A DNA stretch of 64,000 bases from a virus: positions 1-64,000 of IMG/VR virus record IMGVR_UViG_3300046820_002568; one strand, written 5' to 3'. Below the pieces are notes generated by a model. That model did no database searches. It saw only the letters and a list, made by a program, of their open reading frames with translations, and had not been told where the DNA came from. The position numbers were made by a program, and so were the translations under genes. Below are positions 17,767-27,213 of the stretch, piece after piece. Position 1 is the stretch's first letter. The number at the start of each line of letters is the position of its first letter.

Positions 17767-18618
17767 TCAATAATTCATAATTAACAGCTCTTCCCCCATA
17801 TTTTGGGATTTCCCTTTTTTAGCTGCGGCTGCTTTAGCAAATTCCTTCTTTTCCCATCTATATTGGTCTTCAGGAAACCACTCGTGCAAAAGTACGAAAT
17901 CGTAGTAAGATAACGAAAACTTTCCTTCAATAGTTTTCAACACATTTGCCAGTCTTTCGTGGTCATCTCGGTCAAAGTCGTGATTTGAGTAATAATCACC
18001 TTCTCCAACTACAAAATAGGGAGGGTCGTTGTAAAAATACGTTGTTGGGGAATCGTATTTTTTTATTACGTCTTCAAAGTCCATATTCTCAACAAAAGTA
18101 ATTTTTTCAAACATCTTCTGCCATTCAGGATTTTTGAGTTTATTTTTAAATGAAGTAAATTTAGAATGATATTTTCCTTTTAAATCAATGAATTTAGATT
18201 TTGCCGGATTTGCCCCTGAAAAAACTTGGGTTAATACGTATACATATTTTGCAGCAACTTCATAATTTGGCTCATCTCCAATATTAAAATTTTCAGAATA
18301 AAGTTCTTTTTGAAAATTATCAAAATTTTCTTTACATATTGGGTTGGTTGGTTGAATATCTTTTTGTTGGACGATTATCTTTTCACATTCTTTTAGTAAT
18401 CTTTGGTGATTACTAATACATCTATATAAATTATAATTTAAAGGATTGAAGTCATTGTAAACAACTGTCTTTAAATTTGGAAAATTTACTAAATTCATGC
18501 CGAAAAAAATCCAAAATTGACCACTAAAACTTTCTACGTATGTTTCAATGTCTTTAGGTATAAATGGAACTATCCAACTTTGCATGCGTTTCTTTCCCCC
18601 GATGTATGATATACACAT
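17767..18618 (-). CDS. dam: Dam-like (D12 class) DNA adenine methyltransferase
   Basis: YIGGK, YVESFSG, YNDFN, YNDPPY, ELLIMNY. Confidence 0.9.
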   Translation of the reverse strand: MCISYIGGKKRMQSWIVPFIPKDIETYVESFSGQFWIFFGMNLVNFPNLKTVVYNDFNPLNYNLYRCISNHQRLLKECEKIIVQQKDIQPTNPICKENFDNFQKELYSENFNIGDEPNYEVAAKYVYVLTQVFSGANPAKSKFIDLKGKYHSKFTSFKNKLKNPEWQKMFEKITFVENMDFEDVIKKYDSPTTYFYNDPPYFVVGEGDYYSNHDFDRDDHERLANVLKTIEGKFSLSYYDFVLLHEWFPEDQYRWEKKEFAKAAAAKKGKSQNMGEELLIMNY

Positions 18619-18630
18619 AATATTATTTAT

Positions 18631-19434
18631 TTAATTTAAATAACACTTCCACCCTTTGTTTGTTTTTCCTATTCCTCTGGATAAATTTGACATAGTGGAG
18701 TATTTAAGTTTATTATCGTCACAAAATTTACGTAAATTTTTAGTAATAATAACTAATCCATTCGGATTTATCAATCTGTAACATTTCTTATTTTTTGTTT
18801 GAGAATAATCTCTTTTGTATGAATAACTAATTTTGTTGAAAATGTCTAATTTTCTTTTTAAGAATGTTTCAGAATTATTGTAAATGTATTCTTTGAATGA
18901 CTTGATGTCTTCTATTTTAGAAGTTTTCCAAATAGAATAGTTTTTGTAATTATAAATTAAACCTTTAGAAAAAAAATTTTGTATATCATTTATAAAATTC
19001 TTATTTGAACATATACTAATCTGAAATGAATTTGGTCTGTTTTTTACTTTAGAAATACTCCCGTCACCATCAAAGTATCCCCTTATAAAGTGGTTCATCA
19101 AATCTAAAGATATGTTAGGTAATCTAATTTTCTGTGTCTTATTTTGTACACAACCTAATTCAAATAATTTTTTAACCATAATATTTGAATATACACTTAC
19201 CTGACAAAATTTAGATTTACCATCTATTCCACATTTTATAGGTTTTTCACATTCTAAGTCTTTAAGAAATTTTTCAATATGACTGATGTCAGTATCTTTT
19301 AATTTTAATTTGATTTGACCACTTTTACCGTCTTTCATTCTAACATACCCATCGGCATATAGAAAGCCTAACCAGTAAGTTGACTTTTCATTTAAAACAT
19401 CAAAAAAATTTTCATTTAGATTGTATTTTCTCAT
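18631..19434 (-). CDS. double-motif LAGLIDADG homing endonuclease
   Basis: YWLGFLYADG and FIRGYFDGDG; C-terminal NUMOD/HTH-like tail. Confidence 0.9.
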   Translation of the reverse strand: MRKYNLNENFFDVLNEKSTYWLGFLYADGYVRMKDGKSGQIKLKLKDTDISHIEKFLKDLECEKPIKCGIDGKSKFCQVSVYSNIMVKKLFELGCVQNKTQKIRLPNISLDLMNHFIRGYFDGDGSISKVKNRPNSFQISICSNKNFINDIQNFFSKGLIYNYKNYSIWKTSKIEDIKSFKEYIYNNSETFLKRKLDIFNKISYSYKRDYSQTKNKKCYRLINPNGLVIITKNLRKFCDDNKLKYSTMSNLSRGIGKTNKGWKCYLN

Positions 19435-19570
19435 AATACTCCTTTACCAAATTCTGTATGAACTTGGATACACTAACTTTTTCCAATCTCATTTTATCAA
19501 AAAGATATTTGTCAATACTAATTCCGTATTTAATTTTCTTATCCTTTTCCTCTTTTTTTGGTCTACCCAT
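19412..19570 (-). CDS. small AT-hook/ribbon-helix-helix-like DNA-binding protein (MGRPKKEEKDKKIKYGISID..., 52 aa)
   Basis: Manually translated; overlaps the endonuclease start; TATTTATA at 19575-19582. Confidence 0.7.
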   Translation of the reverse strand: MGRPKKEEKDKKIKYGISIDKYLFDKMRLEKVSVSKFIQNLVKEYYEKIQSK

Positions 19571-19626
19571 ATTATATAAATATAATTAAATATAGTAAAA
19601 GTGCGTTAAAAAATAAATAGTAAGAA

Positions 19627-19653
19627 TAAAAAAAGGACACATATGTGTCCTTT
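19627..19653 (-). terminator. intrinsic terminator
   Basis: AAAAGGACACATATGTGTCCTTTT inverted repeat with U tract. Confidence 0.75.
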
Positions 19654-19682
19654 TCTAAAATAAAAAAATTAAAAAAATCAAA

Positions 19683-20498
19683 TTAGAATAACAACAACAA
19701 CGAGGTGTTAAGAGGTCTTCCTGACACACCTGTATTCGGCTGAATTATTGTTTTATAACTTGGATTAACACTCACTGTAAGTTTTGCCTTTGCCGCAAAC
19801 TTTGATGAGAACTCAATATATCTTTTAATTGTGATTCCGACATTTGTAAATCCACCCTTACTTTGGAAGTTAACTTGTGATTCACCAGTTACATATCCCA
19901 TAAACATTTCTGTATTATAAGTTGGGTGATAGTTGAACTGAAAGAAGAATGCTCCCCTGTCATAGTTTTGATTTTGATAGAAAACCATACTTGAGAAGAA
20001 GTCTAATCTTGTATTAGCATCTCCTTTGTAATTAAATGTCGCTTCAAAGAAGTGATTTGTTCTTGATTTATCGTAAACAAAATAATCAGTATCTGAGGAA
20101 AGGATTTGATTTTCAAAATAAATGTCCTGTACTCCGAGTGATATATTATATATGTTAACTTTGGCACTTGTTACGATTTGATTTCCGAAACCTGGTCTGT
20201 ATTGGTTTGCGGCAACATAACTCTTAATTCCAAAAGTTGTCCATTTGCATGGTTCATATTCGGCATCCAAGTAAACACCAGTTTGTTTTCCGACATCAAC
20301 GCCTCTCCAAATATTAGCCGAACCAAGACCAAATTCAGCAGTGAATGGACTTTGTTTTTTCTTTGGTTTATAGAAAATTCCTTTACCTCTTGTTGTATCA
20401 ACAAAAGCCGTGTCTTTGGTTAAAAACTTAACTTGTGAGAATGTAGCCAAAGAACTTAAAAATAAAATAGTTAAAATTAAAATTTTTTTCATCTTCAT
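19683..20498 (-). CDS. outer-membrane beta-barrel protein
   Basis: Sec signal peptide, NIWRG motif, alternating amphipathic strands, C-terminal Phe. Confidence 0.7.
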   Translation of the reverse strand: MKMKKILILTILFLSSLATFSQVKFLTKDTAFVDTTRGKGIFYKPKKKQSPFTAEFGLGSANIWRGVDVGKQTGVYLDAEYEPCKWTTFGIKSYVAANQYRPGFGNQIVTSAKVNIYNISLGVQDIYFENQILSSDTDYFVYDKSRTNHFFEATFNYKGDANTRLDFFSSMVFYQNQNYDRGAFFFQFNYHPTYNTEMFMGYVTGESQVNFQSKGGFTNVGITIKRYIEFSSKFAAKAKLTVSVNPSYKTIIQPNTGVSGRPLNTSLLLLF

Positions 20499-20586
20499 TT
20501 TTTAATTGTTTATTATAATATTAAATAGTTTGAAGTATTTAATAAGTTTGAGTAATAATAACAAAAGTTAATCAAAAAAGAAAGTT

Positions 20587-20835
20587 ATGTCAGAAGAAAC
20601 ACAAGGTACTACTTGTAAGAAATGTGGTCAAGCTAAAAAAAGTTGTCCGACATGTAATCAAAAAAAACAGTTTAAAATAAATGAACCAAAGAAAGAAAAG
20701 AAACCTTGTAAATCCTGTAATAAGGCAATTAGACAACTTTTACCAGTAATAATTACAACTATAGTTTTTACTACTTTTTTTGTTTATGGTGTATATGAAT
20801 TCGTAAAACACTTAATTGGATTATTTTCCAATTAA
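20587..20835 (+). CDS. Cys-rich small membrane protein
   Basis: Three CxxC pairs and a C-terminal TM helix. Confidence 0.7.
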   Translation: MSEETQGTTCKKCGQAKKSCPTCNQKKQFKINEPKKEKKPCKSCNKAIRQLLPVIITTIVFTTFFVYGVYEFVKHLIGLFSN

Positions 20836-21285
20836 TTTCTTAATTAATTCTTCTTTAGTTATAAGATTAGAAGGTCTTTTAACTACCTTTTCTTCTTTGG
20901 CCACCGGTTTTTGAACTTTTGGCTCTTCCTTTTGTTCGACAACTTGAACCTTCATTTTTGGCGTATCTTCTTCTTGTTCGGCAATCTGAACAGTTACTTT
21001 CTTATTTGTTGCAACTGAAAAATCTGAAGACCATGGTTCAAAATATACATCATCGGCAATTACTTCAAGTCTCATATTACCAACTGTTCCTTCAGGTAAG
21101 AAATTCTTTGTCTTAGGAATTGTTACTTCACATTCCCCATTTGATTGAATGTTACCTTTAAACATGTAGCTCATTTCATCGGATTCTACCACCAGTCTTA
21201 CTTGAGACTTTGCTAGTGATGTTCCTTCAACTTCAATGTTACAGTTGAATTTGTTTGCCTTGTCAGTATATAATTTATAAGCCAT
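20821..21285 (-). CDS. hypothetical protein
   Basis: 154-aa ORF, TATTTATA at 21293-21300. Confidence 0.75.
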   Translation of the reverse strand: MAYKLYTDKANKFNCNIEVEGTSLAKSQVRLVVESDEMSYMFKGNIQSNGECEVTIPKTKNFLPEGTVGNMRLEVIADDVYFEPWSSDFSVATNKKVTVQIAEQEEDTPKMKVQVVEQKEEPKVQKPVAKEEKVVKRPSNLITKEELIKKLIGK

Positions 21286-21286
21286 A

Positions 21287-21616
21287 TCAATCTATAAATA
21301 TATTGACTTTTATATTTCTCTGCTCTTTTAAAGAAACTTCTACATCTTTTAATTTGATTTTTACTTTTGTGTTTTTGTTCTTATTTGCCCTTGTTTCAAA
21401 TTGAATCTCGTCAACATTTAACCTAACAAAAAGGCCAATTAAAACTTCTTTGTCTTTTTCAGTTAATGCATCTAATCTTTCTCTTATTTTATAAGAAGGA
21501 ACCGCACCTCCCGCATTGCCAAGAAGTTTTTCAATGACACACCCTTCAGCCCATGTAAATGGTGTATCTAACCAAGCGTAAGGAGCGTCATCCCAAGCAT
21601 AACATATAACCGCCAT
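21287..21616 (-). CDS. hypothetical protein
   Basis: 109-aa ORF with W-x6 repeats, TATTTATA at 21621-21628. Confidence 0.75.
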   Translation of the reverse strand: MAVICYAWDDAPYAWLDTPFTWAEGCVIEKLLGNAGGAVPSYKIRERLDALTEKDKEVLIGLFVRLNVDEIQFETRANKNKNTKVKIKLKDVEVSLKEQRNIKVNIFID

Positions 21617-21632
21617 TAATTATAAATAGAGA

Positions 21633-22565
21633 CTAAACGGCAACTTTTCTTTTGTGTTTAACATGAAGTTTAATATAGAAGTCACCTCTCTCATTTGAAT
21701 ACCCTTTTCCACCAACTTTAAGAGGCTTACTTGAGTCAAATATTTCAGGCATTTTAACATTCAGCTCTCCGTGAGGATGAGGAATTTTTAATTCATCCAT
21801 ATCTAGCTCGTCAATTGAAAGGTACTTTGTATATATGAGGTCACCGGCAGATTTTTCAAATCCATCTTGTGTTACAATTAAAACTTTTAAAATTAAATCA
21901 CCGAACATCCCATCATGGAAATCCCCCATTCCACCAGCCCTTACCATCTGACCATCTGAAATTCCAACAGGAAGTGTCATTGTTATTTTCTGACTTTCAT
22001 TAACCTTACCTTCACCATTGCAAATACCACAAGTAGTTTTAAAATTAAAACCTCTTCCCGAACAATGATTACATGGGCTTTGGAATATATTTTGGAAAAA
22101 CCCATTCCCAACTCTTTGAGTTATGTGTCCACTTCCTCCGCAGTGTGTACAAGATATTCTTTCTCCTCCCTTACCATCACAGCTTCCACAATTTGTTTTC
22201 CTCGTAAAATTAATATCAACCTGTTTTCCAAGGAATGAATCAACTGCCCCAATTTTAATTTCCATTACTTTATCAGGAGCTCTTCGTTGTTGCCTTCCCC
22301 CACCAAACATATTTGCAAATATGTCAAATGGATTACCTCCACCCATATCAAATCCACCAAAAGGATTATTCCTTTGGTTATCATATTGAGCCTTTTTATT
22401 GTCGTCTGAGAGTGTCGAATAGGCTTCGTTTATTTTTTTAAACTCTTCCTCATTTCCTCCCCTATCAGGATGTGATTCTTTAGACTTTGTACGAAATGCT
22501 TTTTTAATTTCATCTTGGCTTGCATCTTCAGAAACTCCAAGTACTTGATAATAATTTTCCAACAC
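21633..22565 (-). CDS. dnaJ: DnaJ chaperone
   Basis: J-domain HPD, G/F-rich region, four CxxCxGxG repeats. Confidence 0.95.
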   Translation of the reverse strand: MLENYYQVLGVSEDASQDEIKKAFRTKSKESHPDRGGNEEEFKKINEAYSTLSDDNKKAQYDNQRNNPFGGFDMGGGNPFDIFANMFGGGRQQRRAPDKVMEIKIGAVDSFLGKQVDINFTRKTNCGSCDGKGGERISCTHCGGSGHITQRVGNGFFQNIFQSPCNHCSGRGFNFKTTCGICNGEGKVNESQKITMTLPVGISDGQMVRAGGMGDFHDGMFGDLILKVLIVTQDGFEKSAGDLIYTKYLSIDELDMDELKIPHPHGELNVKMPEIFDSSKPLKVGGKGYSNERGDFYIKLHVKHKRKVAV

Positions 22566-22599
22566 TATAATTTTTAAATTTTATTATTAAATTAATAAT

Positions 22600-23241
22600 A
22601 TGAGTGAACCTAATTTTAATGTAATTTTATTCAAAAACAACAAAAAAAGAAAGATACTCAAATCTTTTGTCCGAGAACAAAAAGCTATAGAATTTTACAA
22701 AAAAAAACTTAAAGAATCAAGTGAAATTATATTTTCAGTTGAGTATGAAAGTGGAAAGCCATGTACATATAAGTTAGCACTTGTATCCAAAAATTGTGAG
22801 AATGAAAAAATATATTATATAGATTCTCTCGGAAGAAATATATCGGTGGACCCGAAAATTTCTGATAACTTATATATAAAACAATTAAATATGTTTAACA
22901 AAGAAGAAAAACTTTACGATGTTCAAGAAAACAAAAAAATTAGTTTCAATAATTTTTTAAAGAAATATCTTAGTAAGGATAAAACATTTATGCTTTCAAA
23001 ATTAAATAACAAAGTTGTTCTTCAAGAAGACGACAATTATTTACTTTTCTCTCTTAAAAACGAAGATGATTGCACAAGATTTTTAAATCTAGTTGAGTCA
23101 AAGGCTGAGAAGAAAAATTTTATAATTGTAAGAGATTACTCCTCCCCTCAAAGAAAATACCTATATGACATTTTAATTGAGAAGGGGTTTGATATTGATT
23201 TTCTTTACCGTACTAAGACTACTCATCCAAGAGAAAGATAA
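22600..23241 (+). CDS. hypothetical protein
   Basis: 213-aa ORF. Confidence 0.75.
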   Translation: MSEPNFNVILFKNNKKRKILKSFVREQKAIEFYKKKLKESSEIIFSVEYESGKPCTYKLALVSKNCENEKIYYIDSLGRNISVDPKISDNLYIKQLNMFNKEEKLYDVQENKKISFNNFLKKYLSKDKTFMLSKLNNKVVLQEDDNYLLFSLKNEDDCTRFLNLVESKAEKKNFIIVRDYSSPQRKYLYDILIEKGFDIDFLYRTKTTHPRER

Positions 23242-23440
23242 AGTCGGTTCCTGATATATCTACTTTGAATTGAGTTTTGTTTTCATCAATACTATCTTCA
23301 AACTGGAGGTAGTATTGATTAAACTCTTCCCTCTGAAGTTCAAACACGATACTGACTTTACCTTTAACAAGTTCTTGGGCTCCCTCGGTTAAAAGAGCCA
23401 GTCTATTTAGAAGTTCAAGGTTTTTTTGATTCTCTGCCAT
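23219..23440 (-). CDS. hypothetical protein
   Basis: 73-aa ORF. Confidence 0.7.
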   Translation of the reverse strand: MAENQKNLELLNRLALLTEGAQELVKGKVSIVFELQREEFNQYYLQFEDSIDENKTQFKVDISGTDFIFLLDE

Positions 23441-23586
23441 AGGGTCATTTTTGGTTTTTTTGGTAAAACATCTTCTTTAGTCAATTTACTTATCTCGTCA
23501 AGTAACTGTTTTTTGTGAAGATTAATTTCCGACTCATCACTCTTCCGTGACTTCTCCAGCCATTTTAACATTCTTTGGTTTTCCAT
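23407..23586 (-). CDS. hypothetical protein (MENQRMLKWLEK...TLWQRIKKTLNF, 59 aa)
   Basis: Manually translated; fills the gap 23441-23536. Confidence 0.65.
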   Translation of the reverse strand: MENQRMLKWLEKSRKSDESEINLHKKQLLDEISKLTKEDVLPKKPKMTLWQRIKKTLNF

Positions 23587-23977
23587 TTTTACTAATAGGA
23601 ATATCTAAAGGGTTATTTATATCAAATTTTAATGACTTCAAACTATCAAGTGATTGTTTTTCAAAAATATTTTTTAATTCATTAATTTTAGTTTCAAGTA
23701 GTGACTCTTTTTGCTCTCGTTCTAAATTATAATTAATGATTCCAATTATATTATTCTGAGTTACCGTAATCGAATCCTCGTTAGTTTCACACACAAAGGA
23801 CATTCCGATTTTATTTTCATCAACAGTTCCAAGATTAACAAATCTATCCTCAATGATAAATTTCTTTAATATTTTCCAGGTAGATGGGAAATGTATGTCT
23901 ATCACCAAATAATCCTCCACCTTTCTAATCTGATGAAGATAGTTTAATATTGGGCCGAGTTGTATATTAATGTTCAT
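23537..23977 (-). CDS. hypothetical protein
   Basis: 146-aa ORF. Confidence 0.75.
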   Translation of the reverse strand: MNINIQLGPILNYLHQIRKVEDYLVIDIHFPSTWKILKKFIIEDRFVNLGTVDENKIGMSFVCETNEDSITVTQNNIIGIINYNLEREQKESLLETKINELKNIFEKQSLDSLKSLKFDINNPLDIPISKNGKPKNVKMAGEVTEE

Positions 23978-24156
23978 GTTTGAATTAAATAAGTTACGAT
24001 ATAGGATATTGAAACCCCTAGATACAAAAGCCCCATCAAGCTTAAAATAAATCTCTCAGGCTTGATGAGGGCTCTTATAAATCTAAAAACTACATTGACA
24101 ACATATAATATGTTGAAAACAAGTAGAAAGATGAAAATACTATCGATATTAAGCAT
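23974..24156 (-). CDS. small two-TM membrane protein
   Basis: Start MLNIDSIF; two hydrophobic segments. Confidence 0.65.
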   Translation of the reverse strand: MLNIDSIFIFLLVFNILYVVNVVFRFIRALIKPERFILSLMGLLYLGVSISYIVTYLIQT

Positions 24157-24325
24157 TTTCTTTTCTTTCTTCAAGGATTTCAACTCTAAATGTTTGCAGC
24201 AAAGCCTTTAATTCTTGGGCCGTTTTACGCGCTCTTGTACCTGCACTCTTATTACCCTTATAGAATTTTTCAGCATCTACTGACAAAGCTTCAGTCAATT
24301 CTTTGATTTTTCCTACAGTTTCCAT
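24149..24325 (-). CDS. histone H1-like (Hc1 family) protein, 58 aa
   Basis: Manually translated: ...DAEKFYKGNKSAGTRARKTAQELK... Confidence 0.85.
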   Translation of the reverse strand: METVGKIKELTEALSVDAEKFYKGNKSAGTRARKTAQELKALLQTFRVEILEERKENA

Positions 24326-24377
24326 TATAACCTATATAAAAAAATGTTTATTACAATATCAAGAATAAGGATTTTTT

Positions 24378-24857
24378 TTAGTTTTGTAAATTATTATTAA
24401 TCAAATTTTTATCGAGAATCACATAAATCTGTTTAAGTAAATCCAAATCAGACATTGTATGAGGACCCTCAAGATTAAAAATCTCATTAAAAAAACGACT
24501 TAACGAATATTTTACCTCATCTATTTTTTGATTATAAAAAGTTTCGATTATAAACCCTTTAAAGAAAACATGGTGTTCTCCGTCTTTTTCAAAATATATT
24601 TCTTCCTTTTTAAAATTATCGACCACCCTACTCCAACACCAGTCAAAATGATTCTCATTATCCTCATTTTCGAGTCTAATGTTTGTGGTCTTGTAGGTGT
24701 CATCACCTAAGTAAGTATCGTACACCAAATTAACTAAAGAAGTTACAAAATCTTCAAATAGCTCAAATTTATTGAAGCAAATATCATTTGCATCAATCCA
24801 AACTTGTAAATCCTCTTTGTCAACAGGTTTTGATATGTACGAAAAAAAATTCTCCAT
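24378..24857 (-). CDS. hypothetical protein
   Basis: 159-aa ORF. Confidence 0.75.
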   Translation of the reverse strand: MENFFSYISKPVDKEDLQVWIDANDICFNKFELFEDFVTSLVNLVYDTYLGDDTYKTTNIRLENEDNENHFDWCWSRVVDNFKKEEIYFEKDGEHHVFFKGFIIETFYNQKIDEVKYSLSRFFNEIFNLEGPHTMSDLDLLKQIYVILDKNLINNNLQN

Positions 24858-24879
24858 ATGAGATGTTCATATGGAGAAT
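24842..24879 (-). terminator. terminator-like hairpin overlapping a start codon
   Basis: ATTCTCCATATGA-N5-TCATATGGAGAAT then T tract; ATG 24857 is in the stem. Confidence 0.65.
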
Positions 24880-24906
24880 ATAATTAATAATATTAATTTG
24901 TAACTA

Positions 24907-26316
24907 TTATTGTGATTTCTTGTTGTAACCAATCATTTCTTTCATTCTAACCATTTCTTCAGAAAGAATGTTTTTCTTTTCTTGTGTTTCAACATTTTCA
25001 CTTAACTTATCTAAAGCTTTTTGACCCTTAGTTTTCTTATAACTCTTAGCCCCTTTGTTTTCACCAGCAACATCTACAGGTTGAGTTTGTCTCTTGTATG
25101 ACGCATTCTTTTGTTCTGCACCATAAGCATTGTCCTTATAATTTTTAAAGAATTTTTTACCAACTTCTGTTTCTACTGCGTTTGCATATTCTGATGAATT
25201 ACCCGTTGTCGAATCACCTTCAAGATACTTTTTAATTCTTTCATCATCAGGTTTAATTTCATCAAATGTAAGATTTGTCATTCCAGGATAAGCAAAATCA
25301 GCAACATATTCTTCAACAGCTTCAGATGGAACATATGCCTTTTTATCCATTTTAGCAAGTTCTCCGTTACCCTTTGGGAAATGTTTTGCGTTTTCTTCAA
25401 AACTACCTTTTGAACCAGCTTTAACATAATCCCTCATTTTCTTGAAGGACTCTTTATTCGCCTTTTGGTTAATATCTTCATCCTTCTTGTGAACTCTATC
25501 ATACTCCACAGTTCCTTTTGCTTTTGCCTTTTGTTCAACTACCAATTCTTCAATCATTGAAATCAACTCTTCTTCGGTAAGTTTTAGTGTATCTTTACCA
25601 AAAGAAATTGAATATGAATAGGATTCTTCTAAATCAGAAGTGTCTGTATATGTTTTGTTACCTAACTTAAACTTTTCTCCTTTTTTGGTTTGTTTAAGTT
25701 TTTCAGTAAAAGCATTTCCTTCTTCCATTTCTTCATCGGTTTCTTTCTTCATACTTCTAAGCTTCTCAAAATCAGCCTTTGTAATCTTACCCTTTGGTGG
25801 CGCAACATCTATTTTCTTTTGATTTCCGTGAAGTTCTTCTTCCATTTCACCATCTTCATCTTCGATTCCTAATTCGCTTTTGAGGTGCTCATCATCTGGA
25901 AAAAGATTATAAAGTTGTTTTAAAACTCCTCTTCGATTTTTTGACATGTATTCTTCTCCTTCACCTCGAGCCATTGACTCTTCCATTTCACCGCAATCAC
26001 CTTCCATACATTCTTTTTCTTGTACATAATCAAACTCTCCTGACATCACATCAGTCATCCCTTCTTCCTCCTCCAATTCAACATCAGACAACTTTTCATC
26101 ATCCTCATAACCTTTTTTGCGTCTTGCTTTTTTTAGCATTGCCAAGAATTTCTTGTGAGATGTTACATCATCTTCTTCATAATCATCGTCCATATCTCCC
26201 CATTCTTCTTTCACTTCCTCCCCCATCTTTGAATGGATTTTATTTGCAATTTCATCCGCCTTTTCGTTCAAAGACTCAGAAACAAGTTTTTTTACAAGTT
26301 TATCAATATATTTCAT
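24907..26316 (-). CDS. acidic hypothetical protein, probable head-associated
   Basis: 469 aa; repeated EMEE motifs; TATTTATA at 26333-26340. Confidence 0.75.
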   Translation of the reverse strand: MKYIDKLVKKLVSESLNEKADEIANKIHSKMGEEVKEEWGDMDDDYEEDDVTSHKKFLAMLKKARRKKGYEDDEKLSDVELEEEEGMTDVMSGEFDYVQEKECMEGDCGEMEESMARGEGEEYMSKNRRGVLKQLYNLFPDDEHLKSELGIEDEDGEMEEELHGNQKKIDVAPPKGKITKADFEKLRSMKKETDEEMEEGNAFTEKLKQTKKGEKFKLGNKTYTDTSDLEESYSYSISFGKDTLKLTEEELISMIEELVVEQKAKAKGTVEYDRVHKKDEDINQKANKESFKKMRDYVKAGSKGSFEENAKHFPKGNGELAKMDKKAYVPSEAVEEYVADFAYPGMTNLTFDEIKPDDERIKKYLEGDSTTGNSSEYANAVETEVGKKFFKNYKDNAYGAEQKNASYKRQTQPVDVAGENKGAKSYKKTKGQKALDKLSENVETQEKKNILSEEMVRMKEMIGYNKKSQ

Positions 26317-27212
26317 TTTGAATTTGTTTTTTTATAAATATCTTCTAAAACCAGTTTTATAATTAATTCTTCACTAACTCCATATTGTTCTGAAAGTTTC
26401 TTAGCTTTTTTCTTAACTATAGGATTTCTTGTTAATTCAACTGCATTTATGTCTCCCTGATTACAATAAGGGAATGTTTTACACTTCTTCTTAACTTGGA
26501 CGAAAGCTCCACCAGGTATTTGAGTTTTTGACCTTCCTCTCCAATGTTTTGGACTCATAGATTTTGCCCCAAATGCTGGTCCTGAATATTGTCCTGAAGA
26601 GGAGGTACTAGTCGCTTCTTTTGTTTCGGTTTTCTTTGGATTTTCTACCTTTTCTAAATCATCGTAGTAATATGGATTTTCTTTGAGGTGGTCTAAAGCA
26701 ATTTCTTTTGCTTTTTTTAAACCCATTTCATGTTCCATTTCTACTTTCATTCCCTTTTTTAGTTGTCTTTGAAGGGTCACAAACATTTTCTCAATTTTGT
26801 CTTTTTCAGCCTGTTTTTCTGACTTTTCCTTAGCAAACTTTCTTGCCAAATCTTTCAATTGAGCAAGTTCTGTTCTAACCGCCTCATTAATACTTTCTTT
26901 TAATTTTTTCTTTCTTCCTTGGCAATGAGCTCTTTGACTAAATCCTCTTGGATTATTACAATCTATACTTTTCTTATATTTTTCAGACCACTTCTCTTCC
27001 ATCTCTCCTGATAATGCCGGCACAAAACCACCTGCCGACCCTGAAGCAGTTGCTTCTTTAGTTTCAGTATTTATGATATTATCAGTATTAACCATTTTAT
27101 TCTTTATCTCTGATTTATAGTCACCCATGGTTTTCATACTTTCAGGGTCAGATAATCCAGCACTATTAAATTGGGTGGATACCGCATTCATTATTTTTTT
27201 CTTTAAATCCAT
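26313..27212 (-). CDS. multi-motif hypothetical protein (DUF5661-like segment)
   Basis: KGMKVEMEH...IALDHLKENPYYY and WSEKYKKSIDCNNPRGFSQRAHC modules; duplicated ETKEAT. Confidence 0.7.
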   Translation of the reverse strand: MDLKKKIMNAVSTQFNSAGLSDPESMKTMGDYKSEIKNKMVNTDNIINTETKEATASGSAGGFVPALSGEMEEKWSEKYKKSIDCNNPRGFSQRAHCQGRKKKLKESINEAVRTELAQLKDLARKFAKEKSEKQAEKDKIEKMFVTLQRQLKKGMKVEMEHEMGLKKAKEIALDHLKENPYYYDDLEKVENPKKTETKEATSTSSSGQYSGPAFGAKSMSPKHWRGRSKTQIPGGAFVQVKKKCKTFPYCNQGDINAVELTRNPIVKKKAKKLSEQYGVSEELIIKLVLEDIYKKTNSK

Positions 27213-27213
27213 C

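Noticed and set aside
18631-19434. LAGLIDADG as an intein or intron-encoded ORF
   Set aside because: It has its own start and stop, no intein termini, and the flanking genes are not split.
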